Both the position numbers and the translations under genes were made by a program. A stretch of 64,000 nt of DNA. Source: Lepidodermella squamata (Eukaryota > Animalia > Gastrotricha). Numbering within the stretch: the first letter of the stretch is position 1; each line of letters starts with the position of its first letter. The notes under the pieces were generated by a model that saw nothing but the letters and a program-made list of their open reading frames with translations, had not been told where the DNA came from and searched no databases. Where the stretch lies: the NCBI GenBank assembly GCA_047495785.1, contig JBLDXI010000001.1:3720001-3784000 (forward strand), read 5' to 3'. Below, piece by piece: positions 49,246-61,700 of this stretch.

Positions 49246-52031
49246 TCACTTGGTAATAGCATTCAGCAGCTTGAAATGCTTAGAATTCTGAGCGAAAGCC
49301 GACTTATCATTCGGGTCGAGTTTAGCCTGTTTGATGCGATCAATAAGCCAAGATCTAACAACCAGCAGGATCATTGCGATCAGAATAATCGTTGAGCCAA
49401 TGGCAGATAATATGTGCGGGTTAACGCCGAGTATCACAATTTGGTAGAAAAAGGATATGCACAGCTCGAGGGATGTTGCTATGCTGAGAATGGTGGGTGA
49501 GATGAATTTCAGCGAGAAAACGGCAAGAGCTTGGCCGATAGTGCCAACCAGCGCGACTGCAATGACAATTGCGCGATCTTTGAATTCGCAGGGTGAGACG
49601 AACGCCTCAGCAATAACGGCTACAGTTCCGTAGACAATCGTACCAGTTAGCGAGTTCCAGAATACGATCAGCGAGAAATCGACTTCGCCAGCGCATGATC
49701 GAACTCCAATCATTGAGGTAGCCTAATAATAAGAAAAAATCACTGAATTAATTGGAATTAACCGCTGATTTTCGCTGAAGTTAATTTCATATTTCTGAAA
49801 ACGAGATAATTGCGATAACAAGATACGTTTTCCAAGCGAAGCCCTATGCAAATTTACCGTTATAGGTTATAGGTATAATTTCTATACTTTATTTCTCTCA
49901 CTCTATTTCTCATTTCCAAGATAGAGCCAATAATTGGGGGCCGATGTTGGTCCGATCAACAAATACCTCGCGGCACATCGAGTGCTCGTCCGACGGGACT
50001 TGCGAAACAAGGAAATGAAGTATTAGGAAAACTCGGCAAACGAAACTATATATGCTACATCCAACACTGTAATTACAGGAACGTCAGATCTGATACTATG
50101 GTGAAGCCTTTTGAAGTCAATCATCAGAGGGCTTTGACGAAGCAAAGGCCGTTGTGGCTTACGACGATTCGAATGGCATCGCCATCGAAAATATTGAAAG
50201 CCTAGGTTTGGAACGTGTTCGAAAGTCTTGGTTATCCATTGATGACGGGTTGTCTGTCGTATTGAAAGATGCCCAATTGGATTTTCGCGCTGGTCCGATT
50301 TCAAAGGTTCTTCATGTTGATGCTGTAATTGAGTCAGAAGCAGAATTTCTAGCTTGGCGTCTAAAGCAACAATCCATTGAACAAGTCGAGGAACGCCAGC
50401 TTCACGACAAGAAAATCGCCAATAGTAAAGATGCGTTTGGTCGAACTGTCATACGTTTAAGATGCCACGCTGCCGGCAATTAAACTTTTGTCGAGGAGGT
50501 AGAAGTTGTCGGCCCGAAGAAAAGGAGACATAAAAATGATAAGCGCGATCCTTACGGTTTGCGGACAGAACTGGGCTGTCCTGCCTGGAAGAAATACACG
50601 GCTTATTTAATAACCACTGATCATTATGAGCTGTCTACGTATGGCTCACAATTTGCAGGAAACTATGTTCTACAGCTCTAGATTATAATTATTTAAAAGG
50701 TGCCCCCTCCCCCGAAATTAAAGATTTTAAATTTTTTATCTTTGGGGGCTCCGCCCCCAAAACCCCCCGTAGCATGCTTATTATTGTCTACTGGTTTTCC
50801 TTAAGATCAGGAACCATTAAGTTGAGTGGAATGACTTTCAATTCTAAATTCTAACCTAGTGTCGTGACCAATATTATATTACTTGAATTATGCTAGGTTG
50901 TTCTTATTTTGGGTTTAATAAAAGTAAGGTTTGATTAATTCGCGTTGTTCGCTACATCTTCCGTCGGATTCGAGCGCGGGCTATCAAAGCTGGAGCCAAA
51001 GACCTACAATAATCCTCTCCTTCAAACATTTAACATCGCAAAATATCAGACGGGTAGATTTTTGAGCAGTGCGCAACTTTTATCTTGAGTTGACAGTGGC
51101 ATTGATATCTGTTTTCTACGATTTAATGAAATGAGTTGATCGATAGCGTTTTGAATGCAACTGGAGCTGCTGAAACGTTTTCAGGGCGAGTTCAGGACCA
51201 GCAAGGGGTGGTAATTAAACCGTGTATGACCCTCGTTAATGTCTTTTCCAAGAAAACTAAGAAGGCAATATTTAAGAGGCTGAAATGCTTGACTTGAATT
51301 CCACTGCATAAAAAAGTAAAAATTGCAAAAATTGCGAATACGATATTCTCAAGGCATAGACAACAAATACGGACGTATGAAACAAAACTTAATCTTACCA
51401 AGCCAAACGCAGCTAGAAGGGCACAGCCGCCTCCAATTAGTCTGTTCATCAACGGCACGTCATCGCCAGCCAAAGATATCTCAGCCGGGAAAATCAACGG
51501 TGGCCGCAAGATCAGCGTAACACCAGCCGTAGCAGCGAAAATGAAAACAATATCGGTATAACGAAACGGCTCTTTCAGAAAAATTCGGCACAAAATCGCC
51601 ATGAAAATCGGCCCAGTCGACGCATACATCACGCCGAAATCGCCGAGTGGAATGTACGATAGGCCGTAGAAGTAAATCAAGGTGGAACAGCCGAAAACGC
51701 AGCGGACCGCGACGCCTTTCCAGTGTTTGTACAACGCGGGCGATTTGACGATATGAGCCTTGTTAAAGGTCGAAAACGGCATGATGAAAACCGTCATGAA
51801 AAAAGCGCGAGAGAATGCGACGAAGAACGGAGTTGTAACGTTGTTTTGCATGAGAAATTTTGCGATAAATGACATTGTTGCATAGGCTAGAGAACACAAG
51901 CAGCAGAGCAAGGCGCCGATTGCTGATTGGCGAAATTTCGCCCACTGGTCCATCTTTTCTCGCAAGGAATTTCCGTGCGGAGTAGATACGGTGTTTGGCT
52001 CAGTTTCATCTCCCTTCGCGTCTTTTTCCAT
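49246..52031 (-). CDS. SLC35G-like EamA/DMT transporter, copy C (exons 52031-51399, 49722-49246)
   Basis: Paralogous sequence; TTG|GTAAGA donor and ATTAG|GCT acceptor; intron 1676 nt. Confidence 0.85.
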
Positions 52032-52230
52032 AATTTAAACAACCTAAGAAAAATATTTTCGGAATATAATATAAAAATTGCAGTGAAATTTTGCATAAAA
52101 TTCTTAAGCAAAAATGTGTTTCCTTTTAGTTTTTTTCTCGAATATTTTCAACTTAAACAACTATGACGATTTGTTTATTTTTGTGGAGAAAAACCAGCAA
52201 CAAGATCGAAAATTGAGTGAAAAAGATCAA

Positions 52231-55200
52231 TTATTTCGTCAGACCACTGAGAAATTTGAAGTAGCGGGATGTTTTAGAAAACACAGATATCTCCTCCGGG
52301 TCGCGTTTCGCCTGTTCAATGCGATCAGCGATCCATGAGCGAATGACCAGCAGCACCATGGCAACCAAAATAATTGCCGAGCCAACAGCGGATAGAAAAT
52401 GCGGCGTAACGCCGAGAATTGTAATTTGAAGCATAAACAGAAAGACCAGTTCGAGTGATGCAGCAATACTGAGGATGACCGTTGAGATGTATTTCACAGA
52501 TAGAACGGCAGTAGCCTGGCCGAGGGTGCCACCCAGCGCAGCTCCGACTACCATGAGTCGATGTGCGGCAGAGCAGGGTGAGACAAACGAGCTTGTTACA
52601 ATTATGGTGATTGTGAAAACGATGAGACCGGTGACTGAGTTCCAGAAAACCAGCAACGAATAGTGAACCTCGCCGGCACAAGATCGAGCTCCAATCATTG
52701 AGGCAGACTAAATATGAAAATCGTTAAAATCAATGATTATTTAAGATTAGTGGTTTCAAAATTTTCAAATATTACTTATGAGAATACCGCCGAAAAATCA
52801 CAAGGTAATCTTTTCAAAATGGCTGTGCTTTCAATTGAACACGAGCTTGCTCAAAATCATCATCATCTGAACTCTTGAAAATGTGATCGATCAAGAAATT
52901 CGATTTTAGAACACGCGTATGGCACCTGCTCTTCGTAAATTTCGCAATCCCGGTTTTTCTGACATGACGCGTAATGCGAACTGGCCGGAAAAATAGGCTA
53001 AACTGCATCGAAATTCGACAGGTGAATCAGAAGTCTCGATTTGTTCAGCTCATTCATAAAATCTCAGCCGAGGGTTTCGGGTTCCCACTTCGCCGCGCTG
53101 TGGATGATAAGGTTTCCGTTTTGAAAATATGCGACTCCGAGTTTGGTGCTCAGAATTCAATCAAGCCCAAACGAATTATTCAATCTCCCTGACTGATAAC
53201 GATCTTGACAAGATCAACAGCAGATAGATAAGCGCGGTTTTCGGCGTTAACCTTAACCTGTCCGCTGTTGTTGGGAGATGTTGCTGTTACCTTCTTGAGC
53301 ATTTTGCTACGACATGACAGACGCCTAAAGGCCATATGAGCTATCTTGTAGTGAAAATCGCTGTTTCGAGTTACTGATTATCACCATTGTCATTGTTTAA
53401 TTGGTTTTGCTTCAATAACCAATTGGTTTGCCTCAATGAGGCAAACCAGCTTGCAGAAGTCTGAGCTAGGAAGTGTTAATGGCTTTGGGCATTTTGTAGG
53501 GTGAAGGCGTGGTGGGACGGGCGGCGAGCGGCGGGCCAGCTCGTTGCCGCCGCAACTTCCAGTGCATTGCAAGCGGTAGAAGCCGTCCAACTCGCTAATA
53601 ACTCGCATTTCTGCTCCCGTTGAGGCAATTGCTGCAATGCAGCCACAAATGCAGCGCGTTTTATCAACACAACCAAAAATAAACAGAGAGCTTTCCAATC
53701 TGCTGCGAAATCGGGTCAACCGCGCCGCTGGCCACGGCGCCAGTACGCCGCATCTCCGCGGCAAAACGGAGGTGGTATCGATCCCGCTGCTGGAAAAAGC
53801 TTTTACCGCGCTGTAGATGTCTTACAATTCAATCTCCATTCAATCATTACCCATCTACATAGATATAGCCCCTTTTTCTAGCGTTAAACTCGCATTATTC
53901 TCAAAAACATTATCGTATTCTCGATCTATGAAGTTCAATGACTATTCTCAGCTTTCAATCCGATTGAGCGATGTTGGTCATTCACAAATCGACTTTATCT
54001 ATGATTTTGCATTTAACCATTCTTTAGCTTTACTTCCATTTACCAAGCTATTAATCATTCTTCTAACTTCGCCGGTTACCACTGCAGGTGTCGAGCGTTC
54101 GTTCAGCTTGGTGATGCTAATTAAAACCAATCTAAGCAGCAGAAAGACGAATTTTCGTTGAGAAGACGTATGATTCTAGGCATGAGTCGCGAAATAACCA
54201 AAACGCCGACTTCGTCGGAAATTGCGAAATCTATCATCCGCTGATCCACTTGGGATCGTCGCAGTTTTCGACGAATTAATGACTCTAGAAAATTGATTAT
54301 AATTTGTCAAATGCGCCCCTTCACCCCTCCAAAGCATGTACAAATAGCTACAACAATGCGAACAGGTGTCTGATTAGCACTTTTAGCAGAGCCAAATAAG
54401 CATTTTACCGAATCGAAGTTGAAATATGCCAAGATTCATTTTCAGAAAAATATCGGCGAATTTTAGTCAAAGCCTGATTTCATGAATTGAATCATGAATT
54501 GAACACTATTTCGTTTAGAGAATGTTATCCTGAATTTACTGGTTATTCAGAAAATTCTAAAATTTCGTTCCGCTACAGCAAATTCCGATACGGCAAAACG
54601 GTTTCGCTCACCGTTAATTTGGTTTCGGTAAAAGGAGGATCCCTTTAATGGTATTTGGATACTTATTGGACAAATTAATTAGAAACGCCGAAATTATTTA
54701 GTTTTCGATTCAATTAGTCTCGCCCCGCCATAATAATTAGAAGAAATCATACCATGCATGCTGCAGCCAGCAAAGCGCAACCACCGCCAAAAAGCCGGTT
54801 GATAACCGATTCGCCATCACCGTCGCTTGCGCTTATGACTTCCGGGAACAAATACGGGGGTCGTAGGATGAACGTAACGCCAGCAGCTGCAGCGGCTATG
54901 AAAAGCCCGTCCGTATAACGCAGCGGTTCTTTCAAGAAAATCCGCGCGAGAATCGCCGAAAAAATCGGCGTAGTCGAGGCGAAAATGACGCCGAAATCGC
55001 CCAGCGGCATGAAATACAGCCCGATGTAATATATTAAGGTGGATATTCCGAAAATACAGCGAACCACCACGCCTTTCCAATGTTTTCTCAGCGCTGGTGA
55101 TTTGACTAGATCGATGCGATTTGAAGACGCCGAGGGTAGGATGAAAAAGGTCATGAAAAACTGGCGTGAAAAAGCGATGAAATACGGATTTGTTATGTCG

Positions 55201-55328
55201 GACATCATGAGGTACTTGGCAAGGAACGAATTCGACGAATAGGCCAGGGCACAGGCGATGCACAGAATCACGCCAACAGCCGACTGGCGAATTGCCGCCC
55301 ACTGCTTCAATTTTTCACGCAATTTCAT
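52231..55328 (-). CDS. SLC35G-like EamA/DMT transporter, copy B (exons 55328-54753, 52707-52231)
   Basis: Paralogous sequence; ATG|GTATGA donor and TTTAG|TCT acceptor; intron 2045 nt. Confidence 0.85.
53817..54245 (+). mobile_element. hAT transposase C-terminal dimerisation-domain remnant (intronic)
   Basis: LLIILLTSPVTTAGVERSFSLVMLIKTNL matches the hAT consensus LLxxPxTsxxxERSFSxxxxIKxxxR; the frame is disrupted. Confidence 0.75.
54400..54645. repeat. Decayed copy of the 9998-10366 MITE family
   Basis: Shares GAAATATGCCAAGA, GAATTGAACACT, AGAGAATGTT, GAAAATTCTAAAATTT(C/G)GTTCCGCTA and CGCTCAC..AATTTGGTT with the first copy. Confidence 0.7.
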
Positions 55329-55757
55329 TCCATTTTTCAGCTCACTAAAATCGACTAAAAGAGAGAAATTGGCACATTGGATGTAGATTTTATTGAAATT
55401 CAAAATAAAGCATCAGATTTTTTGTTTCACTCTTCCATAATACACAGCATCTCGTTGAATATTACAAATTATTCGTTCAAGTGCAACACATGAGGACGCA
55501 TTCGCAAAATAAGTTATTAGCAGAAAGAAGAAAATTTGAAAATTCTAAATAAAACAGGGTCAACTATTTGTATAGACGGAATTCAAGTTATTTGGCACTT
55601 TTGAACCACGGCAAGAAAGTCTGAAAATATTCGTTTAAATAACCGAGAGGAGAGAAAAATGTCACAATGAAGTGATATTATGAGTCGCAATTCAAACAAA
55701 CAGATATTTCACAACACGAGATTGCTTCACATGCGTTCAGATCCAATGCAGTTGTTT

Positions 55758-58700
55758 TCATTTCGTGAATGCAAGTAAAAACTTGTAAGACTTCGAGGTT
55801 GGTGCGAAAGCTGATTGCGATTCTGGACATTGAGCTTTTTGCGCGATTTTATCGGTCACCCAAGCTCTAAAAAAATAAAGAAAAAAATCAAAAATCAAAT
55901 CACAAATTGAAATATGTAAAATTTCAACGCGAGAAAATTTTCAGCATAATAATTTAATATTCTTTAGAAAGATGAACGTGTCAAAAGTCCGGAAAATGAC
56001 AAATTGGCGCGAATCTTTGAAAAGGTCATTCTTAACAACTCTTTATCGGTCTTGTGTTCAAGCAGAGTCTGTTCGTGCCCGTTTATCACCAGTCGTTACG
56101 CACTTGGAAGATGCTGTGGTTACGCCGTTTCGTCGGGCGTTCCGCCATACAACACCTGTTGGAGCCGCTGCTACGTCAATTCAAGTTGAAGAAGGATCCT
56201 ATTGTTTGTCGCCTCACTTTTCAAATTTTCTGATCTCTACAAGAAAACTCCTGGAGCTGGGCTAACCATGCCACTTCAGCGAAAAACGAAGACTCAAGGC
56301 AGTGTCAATTCCACTTTCTTGCCAGATGGTGCTACATCCACAAAATCTGTTCCAATCTATCGCTTTTCAGCGATTGTATGATCGTATTGAGCAATCAGCC
56401 AAAGGCATCCCAATGCTGGTTAAAATGATGCCGAAAACCGACGAATATTTACCGCGTTCCAAAGCTTCTGCAGCGCGTGTCATCCACTCTCTTGATGTGG
56501 TTCCTCAGATGTTGCAATCCAGCATCATCAACGGCCTCCTCACCAAGATACCCGCTCAATCCAGGGTCAATTCCAAAGACGCCGATATCATCCTTGGTGT
56601 CAACAACGCTCTCATTGGCATGCTTAACACTTATGCCACAGCTAAATAACGGGGTTTCGAACACACTATTGCCACCGATCTCCAAGCACAGGATATGTGC
56701 CACACCTTATTCACTATAATGCTTCCGTTTTTGATGGCCTATAGTCAAATTGAACTTCCCACGCGTCAAGAGCACGATATGATTCGTCGTATTGCTTGTA
56801 TGTTCGCAATACCTCATCTCCCCTAATTGCATTGTATGTCGTCACGATCAGTTATGTTCTAGCTGCTTAGCTACACACATCGCTAATACCATTCATGGTT
56901 TACTCAATGGCGATTACGCAGCCGCTCGACTCGACTTGATCAGATCCACTGACTACATGTGTTTTTGTGGATGTGACGATAACACCCTGATGACCAAACG
57001 TATTTTGACGCCGTCAGAAAAAGTCAAACGAAAATACGGTGATCTTTACCAAGAGGCTGGTGCTATCGCCCATCCTGAGAAGATGCGTGTCATGAATTGG
57101 GCACTCGACTAACATGTCGCAATAGTAGATGGCGTTCTCAAATTTCAACTACCTGCACTGGTTTTCCCAGATGCCTCGACAGTTGAAGCTCCAATCTCTT
57201 TCGGAAAAATGACCATTTCTGTCACCGTTGGCCACTACCCATGGTCTAACCAAAGGCTCGAGTCGATTTCTGGTGATGCAGCTATTCAAAAAACCGAGAG
57301 TAGCAAAAAATTGTACATATCCATCGGGAATCTCTCCAAAATTCTCCTGATAACCTGTCAGGCAAAGGATCATCGCGCAGTCCAAAGTTTCTGTGCAGTT
57401 TCATCAGCGATTCAATCCTTAGCTGTCACACCTTTCGCAGCTTCACTCGTCCGTTATGGCGAGCAGATTTAAAATCAAGCTCTTGAACTCAATGGGTCTG
57501 CAGCATATTGGTCACTGGCTGAAAGCGAGCGCAAAACGTTTGATGCAATCGCTCAAGGCCATCTGAATTTAACTTTGATTTCGTGTATGAAACCTGGCCG
57601 ACCCTGCGAGGAAGCCATGGCTATGCTGAAAGAAGCCGGCAGGAAGCCGGTTGTTCCCAAACACAGCCTAGGCAGGGAAGTCATTTCTGAAAACGTTGTC
57701 GCCCCTGTCTCCAAACGTCGCCGTAATGAGCCAAAAAGAACCGAAAGCCGGAGATGAAGAAAGCTGCATCACTACCGGCTGCTTCGATTTTGAATTTTTT
57801 GCGCCTAAACGAGCGACCGCAGTGATAATCGAACACGCGATTTTCGAATCATCTACAAGCGATTCAGTCGAAATCGGCGCCGCTAAAGACGATTTCAGTG
57901 ACTATGATGATGACGACGCCGTCTTGGCTTATAATGATGAATTTGAAATTGGGAATTTGATGAGTTTTTAGCAAAAGGAAGAATACTGTAAACGTAGTAA
58001 TTTTCGCGGTTTGACAACAGTTTAAAGTCAAATTTGCCGCCGATCAAAGGCAAATTGCCGAAATCGATCGGCCGCGAATTCAAAAATAACGCGAAAATAA
58101 CTACGTTTACAGTATGACAGTTACGTATAAACTAGTAAAGCTGCTGGCTGCTACCAAGATACGTGTTGCACAGCCCTATCTCGAATAGAAGCCTAGTCTT
58201 TTGAATAGAAGCCTATTTTTGGGAATTTTCGAGGTTCCAGTTTTGCATCAGCCCGGGTTAGTATTTCACAAAATACGGTGCGTTTCTATTTTCCAACTCC
58301 GAATTATATGAAAGGGTTAACAATTTAAAAATAGTTGTTCAATTAAAATTCAAATAATTACCTGATAATAACAACGACCATGGCGCAGAGAATGATTGAC
58401 GACCCGATAATAGAAAACATGTGCGGATAGACACCGAGGACGGTGGTTTGAAAGAGAAACAAAAACGCAAGTTCGAGAGACGTTGAAAGACTCGCGATAA
58501 CGGGGGAAATGTAGCGAACTGAAAGCGTCGTCGCGGCTTGGCCGACCATGCCGCCAACTCCGGCGGCTACAACGAGAAGGCGCAGGATAGGCGCACAGGG
58601 TGACAGGAAGCCGTCCATAGCTAGCATAATCACAAAACTGACGATGAGGCCGATGAAAGAGTTCCAAAAAACCAGGGCCGAATAGTGCACTTCACCGGCG

Positions 58701-61700
58701 CAGCTTCGGGCGCCCAAAATAGCCGCTGCCTAAAAAATAAAAATGATCGATTTTTCATTGTAAGTAATTACAAGTAGGTATGATGAATATAGTCGATTTA
58801 CTGGCCTTGATGCAATAATCCGAAGCTCAATTATACCCGCGTGGCTTTAGACCAAGTTTTAAATGTTTCCATAGTTTTAACAGATTAAGGTAAAATTGCA
58901 TATCCTCCCCTCTGAAATATTTCGACATCAGTTTTTCTTCAAGGCAATTCCTATTCTTTACAAAAATAAATAATTTCGAGTTAAATCTGCCAAGGCAAAT
59001 TTCATTTCCAAGCTCAAACTTGACCGTTCGTCCTGTTAGAAAGCATTTGCGCTCTTGATACAGGATCAGATGATTCGAACTTTGTAAATGACTCTTCTGA
59101 TAACGATGAAGACGAACGAAATTCATGCCATACCAGTGAAAGAGATATGGACCATAACGAAAAATTCATGAAGCGCAATTGGGAAGATAACGAGCAGGAG
59201 GAATGGTGGTGGCGATGGGAGACCCATGGTAAACCAGTTTGGCAAGAAGAGAAAGGGCTGTGTCGTTTTGAACGTATGGTGGTAAAAAGGAATTCAAAAT
59301 CCAGCGAATAACAGAATTTTCACGTTTCTTGTACTTATTAGATTAAATGATCTGAGCTCTAAACCTAATAGCACTCACTGGGTGTTTAACTTAACAAAGC
59401 TGAAGAAACTAAATTGCAATACTTGACATTTGGGTTTATTTTTGTGCATTTATAGAATTTAGTGAAAATCTTGAAAATCACCAAAATGTCGAATTCGTCG
59501 ACAGATATCAGAGAGTGTCCTTTCTCCGTGTTGATGCTAATGTCTGAGATAATCAATGTTGTAGTTTGTAGCCGAACAAATTTTCAACAAAGTCCCGCTC
59601 AATGGTGATGTCGTAAAGGAAGTTCGAATTTGATGAACAAACAGACGACGAGGAAAAAGCGCCTTACTCGAAATAATTCTACGCGTAAAATAATGCTCTA
59701 AGATAATGTAATGATACCATTACGTTTCGTTTACTTCGATTCAGGTAACAAGGTGTGTCAGAAATGCTAGCTCGGGACCCTTGCTTTTGGCCGCGCCGAC
59801 GACGATTTGTGCTTCTAAGCATGTCTTCTTAGTCACTTTAGCGAACGAAAACAACGTTTTTGGCACTTTCGTCCTCGGTTCGAAGAAAAAAGGCTTGCGC
59901 TCACTGCTACCGATCTACGCCATTTTTAGCCTTCCTACTCAGAACGACCTTGTCGAAGAAGAATCCAGAAGAATTCCAGTTGCTCGCCCGAATCGCTGCT
60001 TCCGAACACTTCGCGTTGCTGTCAGGTGCGGCTCGTCGATCTATCCGTGGAAGAACAAGCAAGTTCGGTGCCGCTAGGGTCGCCGAGGGCGCTCGATGAA
60101 CTATCATTTTTCAGAAATTTCATGAGTGATATGTGATGATACCGATGATACTTGAATAAATGTATGCGCCATCCATTTTAGACCATGTGTTTTAGATGGA
60201 AAAATACGCTACGATTCATTAATGGTTAGATGAAAACAGACACAGCCAAATATTTGTATCTACCCCTGCAAATTATATCATTGTTCTACATATTTTAGCT
60301 TCTGTTCAGGTTCAGGTTTGTTAAGGTTCAAAATGGCGTTTTGTTGTACCTGAAATAGGGCCGATAACAGAGCGCATCCGCCTCCAATCAGTCGATGCAG
60401 CAGGGGTGTATCATCACCCGTAATCACTTGTGAAGGGAATAGATAAGGTGGTCGAAGGATGAAAGCAACGCCACAGGCCGAAGCCAGCATGAATATGATG
60501 TCGGTATAACGGAATTTCTCGCCCAGGAAAATTCTTGCCAAAATGCTCGTGAATATCGAAATGCTGCACGTGAAAATGACGCCGATATCAGCCAGAGAGG
60601 CGTAGTAAAGGCCGATGTAGTAAACAAGAGCAGCCGAACCGAAGGAACAGCGAACTCTGAAAAACAACAAGTTCACATTAGAATACAAAAAATCTATCTA
60701 GAATGTTCCTTTAGGTAATAAAGAGGTCGAAAATGCTGCGATAATAATTGGACATTACGAATTACGAATGTATTTCAGCCCCGATCAGCAAAATACAGCT
60801 GAATGATCGGTTTTATCAGTGCACACTTACGGCTTGGTTCCGCTATAACGCGAAGCACAATGACTCACTCATTGTGAAGTGCATGGACTTTCCAGCTGAT
60901 CACACTTTCGACAAGAAGCTTTGCGCCACGACTAACGAAAGCATGCCCCTGATTTCGGATTTCTCCCATATGGACTGATGTATCAAGTTTCACCCACTGC
61001 TTCATCGGACTGGAGCTAAGAGCTTTGAAGACCTGCGCCAAGTTCAATCCGAAGGTCTGCCCGCTGAGACTTTCCAGGAAGCTTGTCGAATACTTGGCCT
61101 CATTACTGACGACACGCATACTCGCCTGTCCATGGAGCATGCATAGCAATGCTCAGCCTAAAGGTGACAGGGAATTTTTCGTTACTGTTTTCTGCTCCAT
61201 CGGATGCCGCTGCTCTCTAGAGTCAGTTTCGCAGTCAGATGTCTGGGGACTTTCTACATGCTGCGAGGGTTTCGAATCCCGACGCGGGTTTTTCAGAGCA
61301 AATTTACTGGCTCTGGCAGACCGTTTATTATCGCAAGCGAACAAGTCTTTAACAAGTTTCAACCTTCCCGAGCTAACATTTGCTAACACAGCGAATCTGA
61401 TTGATTGTGGTAAAAATGTCTTACTCGCTGAAGCATCAGCTAAAGATAGAGAATATGAATACACCCCTTCTCAATGTAAACCAGCGTGCTATATTTGACG
61501 TCGTTATGCACCTAAGGGGTGCTGTGTTCTTCCTGTGTCCCGGTGGTTCGGTAAAACGTTTACCTACACACCATCTTGCTCATTTGCGTTCGATGGGAAA
61601 AATTTGCCTTGCTACAGTTTCTTCCGGTATTGCTGCTATTCTGTTGGAGGGAGGACGCGGGGCCCATTCTCGATTTGCCATTCCTTCATCTATGGATGAA

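Noticed and set aside
55326-55333. Overlapping micro-uORF ATG-GAA-TGA at the start of SLC35G copy B
   Set aside because: It is not shared by the paralogs and is plausibly chance, so there is too little evidence for regulation.
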